Shown here piece after piece: positions 24,861 through 37,965 of a stretch of DNA of 64,000 nt; within the stretch, counting starts at the first letter, position 1; each line of letters begins with the position of its first letter. This DNA comes from Lingula anatina. Lineage: Eukaryota > Animalia > Brachiopoda. Both the position numbers and the translations under genes were made by a program. Where the stretch lies: positions 18,188,534 through 18,252,533 of the forward strand of contig CM120644.1 of assembly GCA_051362555.1 (NCBI GenBank), given 5' to 3'. The notes under the pieces were generated by a model. It ran no database searches. It was not told where the DNA came from and saw nothing but the letters and a program-made list of their open reading frames with translations.

Positions 24861-26212
24861 ACATCCTGATGGCAAGCGTTTGAACATCGTTTCAGCAGAT
24901 TGTTCCTTTTGTGATAGATAGATAAACAGATAGATAGATAGATAGATAGATGAATACTAGCAGTTGAATTCTTAATGATCTGCCTACTCCACTTCCTTGC
25001 AATCTCCAAAAATTTACTGCATCAATCATTCTAATCATATCCAGTATGATTAATTGTATTTTGGTGATGAAAATAATGCTTTATATGGCTTACATTCGGC
25101 AGACACTTCTTTACCTGTCGAGTTTTTTTATAATTATTCTCCTACTAAAATTAATTGTCATACAGACTACCAAGTGTAGAAATGTGTTATTCACCTAATT
25201 ATTTCTACTGTTCGAAGCCATTAATCGCCAAATCCTTGGTAAAAGAAATTACTAAGCGATTTGTCCATTACGACTTAGACTGCTCGCTATTGCTTAATCA
25301 ACAAAATGTGCCTTATCAGTTAATAGGTGTTCTTCAAAAGCAATTAATTAGGTCAGATTAAACCACATGAAAATATATAACTGGTCTGGCTATTCGGTCA
25401 GCTGAGTAGGAACGTACATTTTGTATATTTGTGTGACCAAAAGGTATCTCGTCGCAACTGCTTTATTGTACAACAGCTTGACACGCGCAGTTGAATATGT
25501 AATATGTAGAATATTGTCGGAAGATGGCCACCGTTTCAATTTGCGCCATATGTGTTGGATTATTCCATTTTGGGTTTGACAGACCTACATGTCACATCAA
25601 ACAAAACATTACACTGACAGTATATCCCACCTCTTTTTATTTATATAAGTAACTTTATAATATATACATGTACTAGAGTAGTAGTTATAGCTCTCGGGCA
25701 AGAGCATCCATGTTTCATGCATCAACTCCTGATGTAAAACAGCCATGCTATGATCCTAAGGCTATAGTCGTAAAATAACATGATCCTAAGGATATAGTCG
25801 TATATGTACACGAAAATCTCCCAATAAATCTAAATGAAGAGAGCAGAGTCAGAGAAACGCGGGCCAGTCGGGTTGATTCAATTGTTTATTCTAAATAAGA
25901 CAAAACATGTATATGATACACCAGGCAAAGAGTAGAGCCAATGATTCAAATTTAATCTAGACATGCCTTATCTTTGCTTGCCTGGCAGTAGTACTGTTCC
26001 GAGGAGAACCAACTTACAGGGAAAAAAAGAACTGATTGAAGCGTTAAAACTTATATTCTTTTTCTGGACAAACTCCAACAACATAAATCAACTGCCTTTT
26101 CTAAAACACAACACAAAAACAGCGCACCCAACTAAAAAGGCTAAAACAAAGCGAGTGCATACACGTTTAGAAACTCAAAAGGAAAAATGTTATCTAAAAG
26201 ACCAGGCCTGAT

Positions 26213-27312
26213 TTAAAGGGGTACCTCTTTATCATCGCCGGCTTTATAAAGAGTGCCTAAAAAGACATCAGAAGGGCTGTTCTTCTGACCAACCCAGTAG
26301 TCCTCGGCACCGTCTATGAACTCGTTGGTATCAATCACACCATCCTTATTCCAATCAATGGCATCAAATATATCTTGAACCTTACCAGTGTTACGGAAAG
26401 TAGTAAGGAATTTGGAATACTCATCTACCATCAATTTGCTATCGCAGTCGAGATCAAACGCGCCAAGCCAATCTTTTGCTTTTTTGACGATCTCTTCTCT
26501 TGTAATAGGGACTTCCATCTTTTCAGACCGAAGCATTTCTTGAAATGTGAAGTATTTGGAATAGTTGGTGTATTCATTTGACCACCACAGATGAAAGGCT
26601 CTGTACAATAAACCATTCACCGCCATGGCTCTCCAAGATGGGAGGACTTGTTGAGCTCGCTCGGTTGTTAAATCGACGTATTCTTCTTCAGTCACCATAC
26701 CATTTTCATCAACGTCCATGATATCAAAGAACTGTTTGTACTTGAAAATCCAGTGTGCACCAAAATTACTTTTGGAGTTCTAAAATAAACAAACAAAAAA
26801 TTATAAAACAAACATAACGTGAACAAAACATTGCCCATTTTTCACCTTATCACTTAAACCCCCTTTACACTGAAGGAAGCCGTCCAGTGTAAACCGGGCT
26901 TTGATCATATCGCCAAGCACCAGTGACCAAGTGATTCTCGTGGTTTCTCGCCGTTCTCGTGTATAACATCACCCTTTGAAGATTGTCCTGCGCTAATATC
27001 CTGTTATATGTTGGGCTTTCTCAGTTATACACTGAGGTATCATTTATAATTGTCTATGCGTTACAAAATGTACTATATGTTTCTTATAACAAATTAACCC
27101 CTGTTCTTTAACTGCCGCACTTTGATGTCCATTAACTGTTCACAGTAACCGTTAACGATTCTTGTAGACACCCATTACAGAGAAGTTTAGCTATCTAAAT
27201 ATTTAAAAGACAATACCAAATTCGTGTCTAGACGTACCTTCACCATCTTCGAAGAGCAGATAGTATGAATGACCATAAGAAGGAAAAGAACTTTCAGATT
27301 ATTTGAGGACAT
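26213..27312 (-). CDS. Secreted SCP/aequorin-fold EF-hand protein, copy 2 (subfamily B); join(27238..27312,26213..26779), 213 aa
   Basis: MSSNNLKVLFLLMVIHTICSSKMVK|NSKSNFGAHWIFKYKQFFDIMDVDENGMVTEEE; loops DLDCDSKLMVDE and DWNKDGVIDTNE. Confidence 0.9.
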
Positions 27313-28322
27313 TCTTATATGAACTCTGTACTGTTAAGATTTCTAAAACAAAAGTAACAACCAAGTTAAACTATATTCAATAATCATCGAGTGTGAAATA
27401 CAAATTTATATAACACCTTTCATATAAGAAAATATTATTGCTTTACTTTGCATACAAAGGAATATAGATATGCAATCTGCAATTAACAATAAAGCAGTGT
27501 CTGTATTTTGGTGGCCTAAATTTGGCGACGTTTACAGCACATAAATAATGCAATATCATAAGATATGTATCATAAAGGCTTCGGAGTTCTGTCGATCAAC
27601 TGAAAGTCCAATGTTCGTGAACACTGAATCTAAAAGTTGTCGAAATGACAGAAGTTGTTGACACCTTCACTACGGATTATGTCCATATGTAATTTTATTT
27701 AGTTTTACTTACCAGATGTCTGTTGTTTCTCTTAGAACCCAGTCTTATGTAATGTTTTGTTTCAGTGAGCATGGTATATCTAAATACCATCATTTCGCAG
27801 TCTTGTCGGGATAAACATTATCAGTCACGCGTTTCCCCTATTCGACATGTTACCAATTCCCTGTCACCTTCATCTTTAAAAACATACATTTGTGCCGTTG
27901 GTTGTAAACATCAAACTACATTTAATACGGGCTATGAGACAAAATATGGCATCGTGTACATGGGTATATGTTTTTTAAATGCCTCCCGTCCCAAAAAGCT
28001 CTATAGTTCAACAGTTTGGCATGCAAATTGGAATATGTAGGCCTTATGTGGAGAATACCGGCTGAAAATTACCACTGTTTCAATTTGCGCCATATCTGTT
28101 GGATCATTCGAATTGTGGTGTCTGATACTTACATGTCACATCACACAAAACATTAAACTGCCAGTTTATCCCGCCTCTTTTTATTTATGTATAAGAAACT
28201 TGTTATTCATGTATAAGAGTACTAGTCATTGTTCTCGGGGCAGAGCGTCCTTGTTCCATGCATAAAATAACCATGATATAACTCTAAGGGTTCATCGGTT
28301 GTATATGAATCTGAATGAAGAG

Positions 28323-28327
<5 letters not shown>

Positions 28328-28361
<34 letters not shown>
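28328..28361. repeat. (GA)n microsatellite
   Basis: Direct reading. Confidence 0.95.
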
Positions 28362-28362
<1 letters not shown>

Positions 28363-28723
28363 GCAGGTCAGGCGGATTGATTTAATGGTTTATTCTAAAT
28401 AAGATATAGATGTATATGATAACCAAGCAGAGAGTAGAGCCAATGCTTAAAATTCAATCTAGGCATGCCATGTATTTGCCTGCCTGGTACTGTTCCGAGG
28501 AGAATCAACTTATGGGGGAAATGAACTGATTGAAAACATTGCAACTGATATTCTTCTTCCGGACAAACTACCACTACATAACGCACCTGTCATATCTAAA
28601 ACAAAGCAACACAACAGCAGCGCAACCTAATGCCAAAAGGCAAAAACAAAGCAAGTGAAATTCAAAAATGCAATCTAGAAGGCCAGTCCTGAATTACAGG
28701 GGTACGTCTTTATAATCGCCGTC

Positions 28724-29955
28724 TTAATAACGAGTGCCGAAAAAAACATCAGAGGGGCTGGGCTCTTGACCAACAAAGTAGTCCTCGAAAGCGTCTACGA
28801 ACTCTTTAGAGTCAATCACACCATCTTTATTCCAATCAATGGCATCAAATATATCTTGAACCTTACCAGTGTTACGGAAAATAGTAAGGAAGTTGGAATA
28901 CTCATCTACCATCAATTTGCTATCGCAGTCGAGATCAAACGCGCCAAGCCAATTTCTTGCAAATTTGTCGTTGTCTTTACTTTTAATAGGGAGTTCAATT
29001 TCGTCAGCCTGAATCATTCCTTGAAGTGTGATGGATTTTGAATAGTTGGTGTATTCATTTGACCACCACAGGTGAAAGGCGCTAGACAATATATTATTCA
29101 CCGCAATGGCTCTCCAAGATGGGAGAACTTGTTCAGCTCGCTCGGTTGTTGAATGGATAAATTCCTCTTCTGTCACCATGCCATTTTCATCAACGTCCAT
29201 GATATCAAAGAATTCTTTGTACTTCAAAATCCAGTGCTCACTAAAATTTCCTTTGGTGTTCTAAAATTAAAAAATAAATACTATGAAACAAACATTGCCT
29301 ATTGTTCATCCTAACTTTAATTGTTTGTTTTTATAGAAGCACCTTATTAGTTTAATCCAAACCCCAATGACCAAGGCTGTATTCCCAGAGCTTTTAGATC
29401 GATCTATCCCCGCGGGGAGTCTCACTAGATTACTGTCAGATATTCCGGCTTAAATGTCCGTCCCGCTTACTACAAGCTGTAAGGGGGTAATTAACTTTTG
29501 TGTCCGCCCGGCTGACAGCTATTTAGCGTGAACCCCCAGGGAGTTAGGTCGATCTAAAGTAGATCGATGTAATCTCTGGAAATGGGGTCCAAGTGACTAG
29601 CATGGTTTCTTGCAGTATACCTTTTTAACATTATGCTTTTAATCCTGTGCTCATATCCTGTTATAAAATTGGTTCTATTTACAGTAGTACAGGTACACTG
29701 AACTACATGCATCCTTTATAATTTTTTATGCGTTACAAAATGTGCTCTGTGTTTCTTATAACTTTGTTGTCCCTTCACTGTTTACAGTAGCAGTTTATGA
29801 TTCTTGTAGACACCCGATTTAAAGTAGTCTAGCTTCTTTAAAGATTCAAAGGACAATAATAAATTCGTGTCTGGACCTACCTTTACCATCTTCGAAGAGC
29901 AGATATTCTGAACAACCATAAGAAGGAAAAGAACTTTCAGATTAATTGAGGACAT
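28724..29955 (-). CDS. Secreted SCP/aequorin-fold EF-hand protein, copy 3 (subfamily B); join(29881..29955,28724..29260), 203 aa
   Basis: MSSINLKVLFLLMVVQNICSSKMVK|NTKGNFSEHWILKYKEFFDIMDVDENG...PSDVFFGTRY*. Confidence 0.9.
29375..29589. mobile_element. Intronic MITE, PIF/Harbinger-like
   Basis: Degenerate TIRs and 3-bp CAA duplication; paralogues show the empty site tgaccaagtga; related to 56516-56757. Confidence 0.7.
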
Positions 29956-31500
29956 TCTTATATGGATTCTGTATTGTTCAGGTTTCTAAAACAAAAGTAA
30001 CAAACAACTTAAACTAAACTGTACAACGTTCATCGATTGTGAAATACAAATTTATACAACACCCATCATATAAGAAAATATTATTGCTTTACTTTGCATA
30101 CACAGGAACTTAGATATGCAATCTGGAATCAACAATAAAAGAGTGCCTGTATTTTGGTAGGTCTACATGTGGCAACCTTTACAGCACACAGACAGTGCAG
30201 TATCATAAGGTTTGTACCATAAACGCTTCGGAGTTCGGTCGATCAACTGAAATTCCAATGTTCGTGAACATTGGATCTTAAAGTTGTTGAAATGACTGAA
30301 GTTGTTGACACATTCAATACAGACTATATCCATCAATATATAATTCTATTTACCTTAACTTACCAGAGGTTTGTTGCTTCTCTTACAGAACCCAGTATTA
30401 TCTACTATTTGTTTCAATGAAAGTGGTGTATTAAAATAACGATCATTTCGCAGTATTGTCGGGATGAACATTATTAGTCACGCCTGTCCCTTATCCAACA
30501 TGTTACCAATCATCTTACACTTCCATTTTCAAAAACATACATTTGTATCACTGGATGTAAACATCAAACTACATTTAATGCGGGCTATAAGACAAAATAG
30601 GACATCCTGTTGACAAACATTTGAAAATCGTTCAAACAGATTGTCTCTCTTGTGATAGATAGATGGATAGATAAATAGATGGATGGATGGATGGACAGAC
30701 AAATAGACAGACAGACAGACACTAGCAGATAACACACTTAATGATCTGCCTAAGCTGTTTTGATAACCACGCTTGATTGTTAATATCACTGGGCAACACT
30801 AATTTTCTGAGTGATTTATGTGATTTCTTATCGCTATCAGAGTCTTAGTAAAGCAAATCCGTCATATTGGACTTCCTCGGGGCTAAATTCGGCTGTCTCT
30901 GTCGTTTTCCTTTTTTATTTTGGCAAAGAAAGATGCACAGAGCTCTATCATCCATCATCTTAAAATGTAAACATTGAACTTCATTTCATACAGGATAGAC
31001 TACCAAGTGAAAAAAGAAGCTCAGGCTTGTGAAAGACATCGAAAGCTGAATCTAAAAAAATATCTTACGCTAGAAGCTTGTGAACATTAAAATGTCCCTG
31101 TCTTCTCTATCATGATTTTTTCACTTATATGCAGGTCAGTTGCACGCAAAACAAATTTCTTCGAAAACATTCATGGAATTTTTGAAAGATCAGAGAAGTA
31201 CACCTAAATTCCTGTAGATGGATCAACAATAAAAGACCTATTAGTTACACGAGTAATATATATATACTAGTGTAGACACTATAAACAGCGGGAATACTCG
31301 ACCAGCTCACATTTACACTATTTATTTGATCCAGCAGTTTGGGAATTTGCTGACATATATTTAAAGAAAATGACATGCATTCATAATAAACGCATTTCGT
31401 GAGAAAATAAGCAACTTTACGTCATGTTTAATAATTTAAAGATTTTTGTGTTGGCAAGACAGTCGATTGCAATGTGAAAAACACAACGATGAAAATGTTT

Positions 31501-32111
31501 GGATGTTAAAATTTAGGATACATGTTTCCTCGTTTGCTCTCTCATATAAAATATTTCTGAATGAAAATAGATAGTTCAAAGATAAAAGAATGGAATCCAT
31601 TTATTCAAATACCCAGTACACTAAATATGAGTCAAAGCAATTTGAATGCTTGAAGCACAGGCCTACCCAACTACCAGACTCGCTAATTATCGCTAATTTA
31701 CCCGTAGATCGGACCACACTACTTTTTAAGGTGTGCGTCAGTAGGCATTTCACAGTATCATTCCCCGTAACAATTTTTGAGATGAGAGGCATTACTTTCC
31801 AACCCCGCTGAAAATCATCACTATCATATCGCGTACGATGCAAGCGCGGTGTCGCGGTTGATACTTCGTAGCGCGTACTGATACAGACCTTGAAAACGGA
31901 TATTGTGGTCCGATCTACCGGTGATTCAGGATCATTCAGTGCCGAGACTGGTAGTTGCGTTGGCCTGAAGCATTTACTTGAAAAATTCAAATTGAATGAA
32001 AATTGATACATTTCAAAAGCGGATACGTTTTTAAATAAATATTGCGACAGGCAAGAATACGGTGTGAAATATCAGAAAAGTCATCCCTCAACCAAAATTA
32101 AATGGACACCC
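31501..32111. mobile_element. Palindromic MITE-like insertion just 3' of copy 4
   Basis: Absent from copy 5 (gaaaatgtctttagcc). Internal inverted arms make both strands translate RPTQLP..PVDRTT..FKVC. Confidence 0.65.
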
Positions 32112-32139
32112 ACTGACTTGCTTTTTAGCCAAATCGATT

Positions 32140-33031
32140 TCAATCTCGTGAGCCGAAAATATATGCAGCGGAGTTGGCAGCTTGGTCGTAGGAAAAATGA
32201 TATGTCCCATAGATGAACTCCTTAGCATCAATGACGTTATCGCCATCCCTGTCAATGGCATGGAAAACGGCCCTGTTATTCGCCGTGCTGCGATATATAT
32301 CAATGAATTTAGAGTACTCACTAAGCGTTAAGTCCTCGCTGCAGTCGAGGTCAACAATATGGAAAAAATCCATAGCCCATTTGAAGACTACATGTATATC
32401 ACTGGTAGAGCCGGAAACATTTTCAATAGACTGAACCCAATCCTCAAATGCAATAGACGTCTTAAAGTCGGTGTATTCATTCGACCACCAGGTCTTATAG
32501 GCCATGGTCATTAAACCATAGACTGCCTTAACTCTCCAGGATGGCAGTGCAGCTCGCTCTGTCGACAAATCAATGTACTCCTCCTTTGTTACATTGCCGT
32601 CCTTATTGACGTCAAAGATGTCAAAGAATTTTTTGAATTTCTTAAGCCAATACGGAGTAAAATCTTTGTTATCCTCTGCAACCTGGATAAAAAAATTACA
32701 TTTTAAATTGAAGAGATCACTAAAATTCCTGCTACTAAAAGGCTACATTAACGCTTTTATTAAATTAATTAGAATCACAAAATATTTGTCATATAATTTT
32801 GATTGCAACATCATGCTACATTGTAGTCTCTCTGTGTACTGAACTACACGATAACCTCAACCGTCATTATGGGCTTATGCTCTTTAAAGAGGCTCTCTCC
32901 AATTTCCAGCACATCATTTAAGTCGGTTATGAAAGAAAATTATAATACTAAAGAATTACCTTCCCCCCACATGACGAATCAAAGGTTAGAACAAATGAAA
33001 GCAGCAACAGTCCAAATTTGATGGAAAACAT
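32140..33031 (-). CDS. Secreted SCP/aequorin-fold EF-hand protein, copy 4 (subfamily A); join(32960..33031,32140..32682), 204 aa
   Basis: MFSIKFGLLLLSFVLTFDSSCGGK|VAEDNKDFTPYWLKKFKKFFDIFDVNKDGNVTKEE...AAYIFGSRD*. Confidence 0.9.
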
Positions 33032-36000
33032 TCTTTATTGAATATGGGTCAGACGATAACCTGTAATTAAAAAAAAAATGAATAACACACCTTTTGGTTT
33101 TCAAATAAAATATAATCATTCAAAGTATATAAATATACACACATTATTTTTCCAAATACCCATTTATCCATTTCTAGAAGCTTTGAATTTGTAAAATTAA
33201 CCTCTGCTATGAATTGTCTCTAAGGAAATCAATGCTCCTTCAAACAGATTACTTGCAGAAATATTGAGCAGCTAGCTACCTTGGCTCCTAACAGGGACCC
33301 AAGATCTCCTGGTGTGAACCCTATTTAAAACATAGGGCATAAATCACTCTCTGATTTAACAGTCCACTCATAAAACTGCCAAATGTGAACCGACAAAGAC
33401 TAGGAGTAAGACCGACTAAGAAAAAACCTGTCAGAATTATGGTATTGTCTCTTGAAGAGCGTAACTGCAGCAAGGGGAGACGTTTCTCTTACTAAGCAGT
33501 TACTAATCAATCTTTACCCTATGAGGTTAATTTGGGAAATAAAGATACCAAAAAAAACGTATGCAATGGTTATTTTATCACTTATAACAGCCATATACTT
33601 TTGTAATGCTTTACTTACGGTTCTCAAAGTCTCAAAATAGACACTAAATAATCTTTAAGGAGCTAAGGAGGACATCCTGGTTTTATCTGATAATTCAAGT
33701 AAGTAGCAAGAAAAAAATTTTTGAAAACAGGTCCATATTAAAGGACAATTTTGTTGATTATGTTGTAAGTGTAAGTGTACCGAAAGTATCCACAATAATT
33801 CAAACAACTTTGGTTGTGTCAGAGCTGCAAGCCGTCTAAAATTCCGTGCAACATGTTTCTACCGCTATTAATGTGCAGCAATAAAGACATGGTAATATTT
33901 GTGGCCATTCCTATATAATTTAACAACTCGTGATGCGATTGCACATAAATATGCAAACTAACTTCAACTGCCCATCACCTCTTCATTTGGACACAGACTA
34001 ATAGTACATTTTTATGAAAATAGTGTTTCGTACCATATGCTGATACCATACAATTTCACATAAATATGCAATCCAAGGTCAACTACCCATCGTTTTCCTT
34101 ATTTAGACACAGACTTAATTTTCTTCAAAATTAGCCATATAAAGCACATAAAAGCCATCATTCTGCTTTGTCTGCCACTAAACTGTACCAATCCATTGTT
34201 TCAACTCAAAGTAGAAATACTTGCAGTATAAGTACTTTTTCTGAAAATCATGATTCGTACCATATGCTGATCCTTTACCTGTAAAGCTTATGCTCCGAAC
34301 ACGCCGGGTGGTTTCTGATAAAACATTTATTGTCCTTTGCAGAGCGATGCTTTATTCTCATCACGAGTGACGCAGAGTATTTATTCATTCTTTCCTTTAT
34401 TGCGCATGCCCATTTTCCCAATAATTTTATTGGATAAAATTATGACTACGAAATGAATGTCTACATATTTAGGTAAAGACAGAAAAAAGGCGCAGATATT
34501 TAATATTCCCCTCTTACTTTTGATATTTCTTCCCGTAGCTTTCAGCGCATTTGGTTTAACTAAGGTGAACTGCTATATTTATATATGTACACTATACTAT
34601 ATATTTCTGCTGATTCAATCTTTATTATATTACGATTATTTCAGGTGTAAGCTACCCCACTGTGACTTTAATTCTTATCAGTAATTCTGGGACGGGCTTT
34701 TCTATGTATGTTTATAATTACGTAGCAGTTAAGTTTGTCATGCGGGCTTCCAACGATATGTTTTTTCTTTGTTTATTTTATACGCCATTTTACTCATCGC
34801 AGCAGTTAACTGTGTGGCATCCACTATAAAAACACACAAATACATGGCTATATGTACAACTCAGAGAGATCCAACTGCAATTTATCGTTTCTTACTGTAA
34901 AGCCTTTTCATTTTTTCAGCCACTTTCGACACAGAAAGTATCATGTGCTTTCATTAATAAATGATTACATTACAGGAGTTAATTACAATGAATAGTGATT
35001 TTCATTCCAGATGCCATAACTAACATGATTAGTAGTTTAGAAAATACACACTAGCGGTTAAAGGTTTTACCTTCCTACCGTAATACCTAGAACCCCAAGT
35101 GTTCATAATTATAGGGCAGTCCTCGACGAGCGTGGCCGGCAAGCGTAACCGTTTGGATCCCTGCAGCTCAAAGAAATGTTGGCACACTTCGCGTAGCCAG
35201 CTCGCTCAGCAAATATCTGCAGCCGTGCAGTTCCCTGTAGTATTGCCTCCCTAATATTCCACCCGAACCTGCCTTTTGTCTCCACACGTGGCGGCAGGGG
35301 TCATTCTCGCATGTCCGTTTGTAGGAAAGTCGCATGTTAAGAGACCTATTGTGAACGATGCTGCTTGCTTACTATCAGTACGTATTCAATCACTGAATTT
35401 GCTTTATTTCACACCCATGGAGGTAATTTTTTCTCTTTGATCACGTCTTGTAAATGTACAGTACATGTAACTACACCTTCATCCTAACTCAGTGGTTAGG
35501 AAAAAGATGCTTGGACAAAAAACTTCCATTCAACTCGCTTAGGCCTAGGTCGTGATACTGCTGTCAAGATGTTAATCTCATCCGAGGAAAAATCTACACT
35601 GAACCCTCTACCAGAAGTCCCCCTAGCTGTAACAGTTTCTTTTTAATCGTCTATTCATAGTATTTTCAATGAAAGTCATTGATCGAAAGCTTTCAAGTGA
35701 AAAAAACCGAGCCGTCTGCTAATGTTTTTATTAAAGCGTACGTGTTTTAATCATGATCTATTTTGTAATGTTATTTTTTTTAAGAGAGAGTGGTGTATTT
35801 TAATACCATCATTTCGCAGTATTCTCGGGATGAAAATTATTAGTCACACGTGTCCCCTATTCGAAATTTTGCCAATTCCATGTTACCTTCATTTTTAAAA
35901 GCAGATATTTGTACCACTGGATGTAAACATCAAATTACATTTCATACAGTCTATAAGACAAAAATAGTACTGTTGTCAAACATTTGAAAACCGTTAAAGC

Positions 36001-36816
36001 AAATTGCCTCTTTTGTGATAGATAGATAGATAGATGGATAGATAGATAGATAGATAGATGAACAGACAAATAGAAAGATAGACAGACGCACAGGCAGTCA
36101 CACACTAGCGGATGTCTCACTTATGATCTGCCTAAGCTGTTTTGATAACCTCGCTTGATTTTTAATACCACAGGGCAACACTTTTTTTCTGAGTGATTGA
36201 CGCGATATCATCGCTATCGGAGTCCTAGAAAGGCAAGTCCGTCATATTGGACTTCCTTGGGGCTTAATATAATAAGTTTATTAATACACAGCAACCAAAA
36301 GGTTGAAGGTGTCTATGACCTTAAAAAGAAAACGTATCACCACCTAAAAATATTTACATAAAATAAAGGGTACACAAAAGAGCAAAACGAGTTCGAAATT
36401 AAATAAAGCACAAACCTCTAAAAGTTTGATTAATGCAATGTGGATATGATAAATGATATGCAATGAAAACCAATAAAAATTTCAAAATAAAACACATGCA
36501 ACTTAAATTAAAATGTAAACATCCAACTTTATTTCATATAGGATAGGCTACCAAGTGACAAAAGAAAATCTTTATGCTGTCAGGCTTGTGAAAGACATCG
36601 ACAGCTAAATTTTAAAAAAATATCTTACGCTAGAAGCTCGTGAATATTAAAATGACCATGCCTTCTTTATTGTGACTTTTTTCCTTTTATGCAGTACAGC
36701 TGCACGCAAAACAAATGTCTTCGAATACATTCATGGATATTTTAAAAGGTCAGAATAGGACACTAGAAATATTGAAGTAGATGGATTAACTATAAAAGAC
36801 CTATTAGTTACACGAG

Positions 36817-36818
<2 letters not shown>

Positions 36819-36875
<57 letters not shown>
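36819..36875. repeat. (AT)n microsatellite, expanded relative to the paralogous site near 31257
   Basis: Direct reading. Confidence 0.95.
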
Positions 36876-36876
<1 letters not shown>

Positions 36877-37111
36877 TAGTGTAGACACTATAATCAGCAG
36901 AAATACTCGACCAGCTTAAATTTACACTTTTTATTTGATCCAGAATTTGCTGACATATATTTTAAGAAAATAACATGCTTTCATCACTAACACGTGAGAA
37001 AATAAGCAACTATACGTCATTTTTTATTAATTTAAAGCTTTTTGTGTTGTCAAGACAGTTGATCGTAATGTGAAAAACACAACGATGAAAATGTCTTTAG
37101 CCAAATCCTTT

Positions 37112-37965
37112 TTAATCTCGTGAGCCAAAAATATATGCAGCGGAGTTGGCTGCTTGGTCGTAGGAAAAATGATTTACACCATAGGTGAACTCCTTAACGT
37201 CAATGGTGTCATCACCATCTCTGTCAGTGGCATGGAAAACGGCTCTATTATTCGCCTTGCTGCGAAATATATCAAGGAATTTAGAGTACTCACTAAGCGT
37301 TAAGTCCTCGCTGCAGTCGAGGTCAACAATATGGAAAAAATCCATAGCCCATTCGAAGACTATAGCACTTGTAGAGCCGGAAACCCTTTCAAAAGGCTGA
37401 ACCCAATCCTCAAATGCAATAGACGTCTTATAGTCGGTGTATTCATTCGACCACCAGGTTTTATAGGCCATGGTCATTACTCCATAGACTGCCTTAGCTC
37501 TCCAGGATGGCAGTGCAGCTCGCTCCGTTGACAAATCAATGTACTCTTCCTTTGTTACATTGCCGTCCTTATTGACGTCAAAGACGTCAAATAATTTTTT
37601 GAATTTCATACGCCAATACGGAGTAAAATCTCTGTTGTTGTCCTGTGCAACCTAGATTAGAACATTTCATTTTAAATTAAAGTGATCACTAAAAATTACT
37701 GCTACAAAAAGGCGACATTAAAGCTTTTATTAAATTGAGTAGAATCACAAACAATTTGTTATATAATTTTGATTGCAACATCATGCTACATTGTAGTCTT
37801 TCTGTGTACTTAAATACATGATAACCTTAACCGTCATTATAGGCACATCATTTTAGTCGGTTTTGAAAGAAAATTATAAGACAAAAGAATTACCCTCACT
37901 CCATATGACGAAGCAATGGTTAGAACAATTGCAAGCATCAACAGTCCAAATTTGATATAAAACAT
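37112..37965 (-). CDS. Secreted SCP/aequorin-fold EF-hand protein, copy 5 (subfamily A); join(37894..37965,37112..37651), 203 aa
   Basis: MFYIKFGLLMLAIVLTIASSYGVR|VAQDNNRDFTPYWRMKFKKLFDVFDVNKDG... Confidence 0.9.

Noticed and set aside
27098-27135. Possible extra mini-exon in the subfamily-B intron
   Set aside because: 37 nt would break the frame, the segment is partly deleted in copy 3, and the flanking exons already join in phase 0.
35100-35400. GC-richer patch vaguely resembling a gag zinc-knuckle remnant
   Set aside because: No frame gives a convincing motif.
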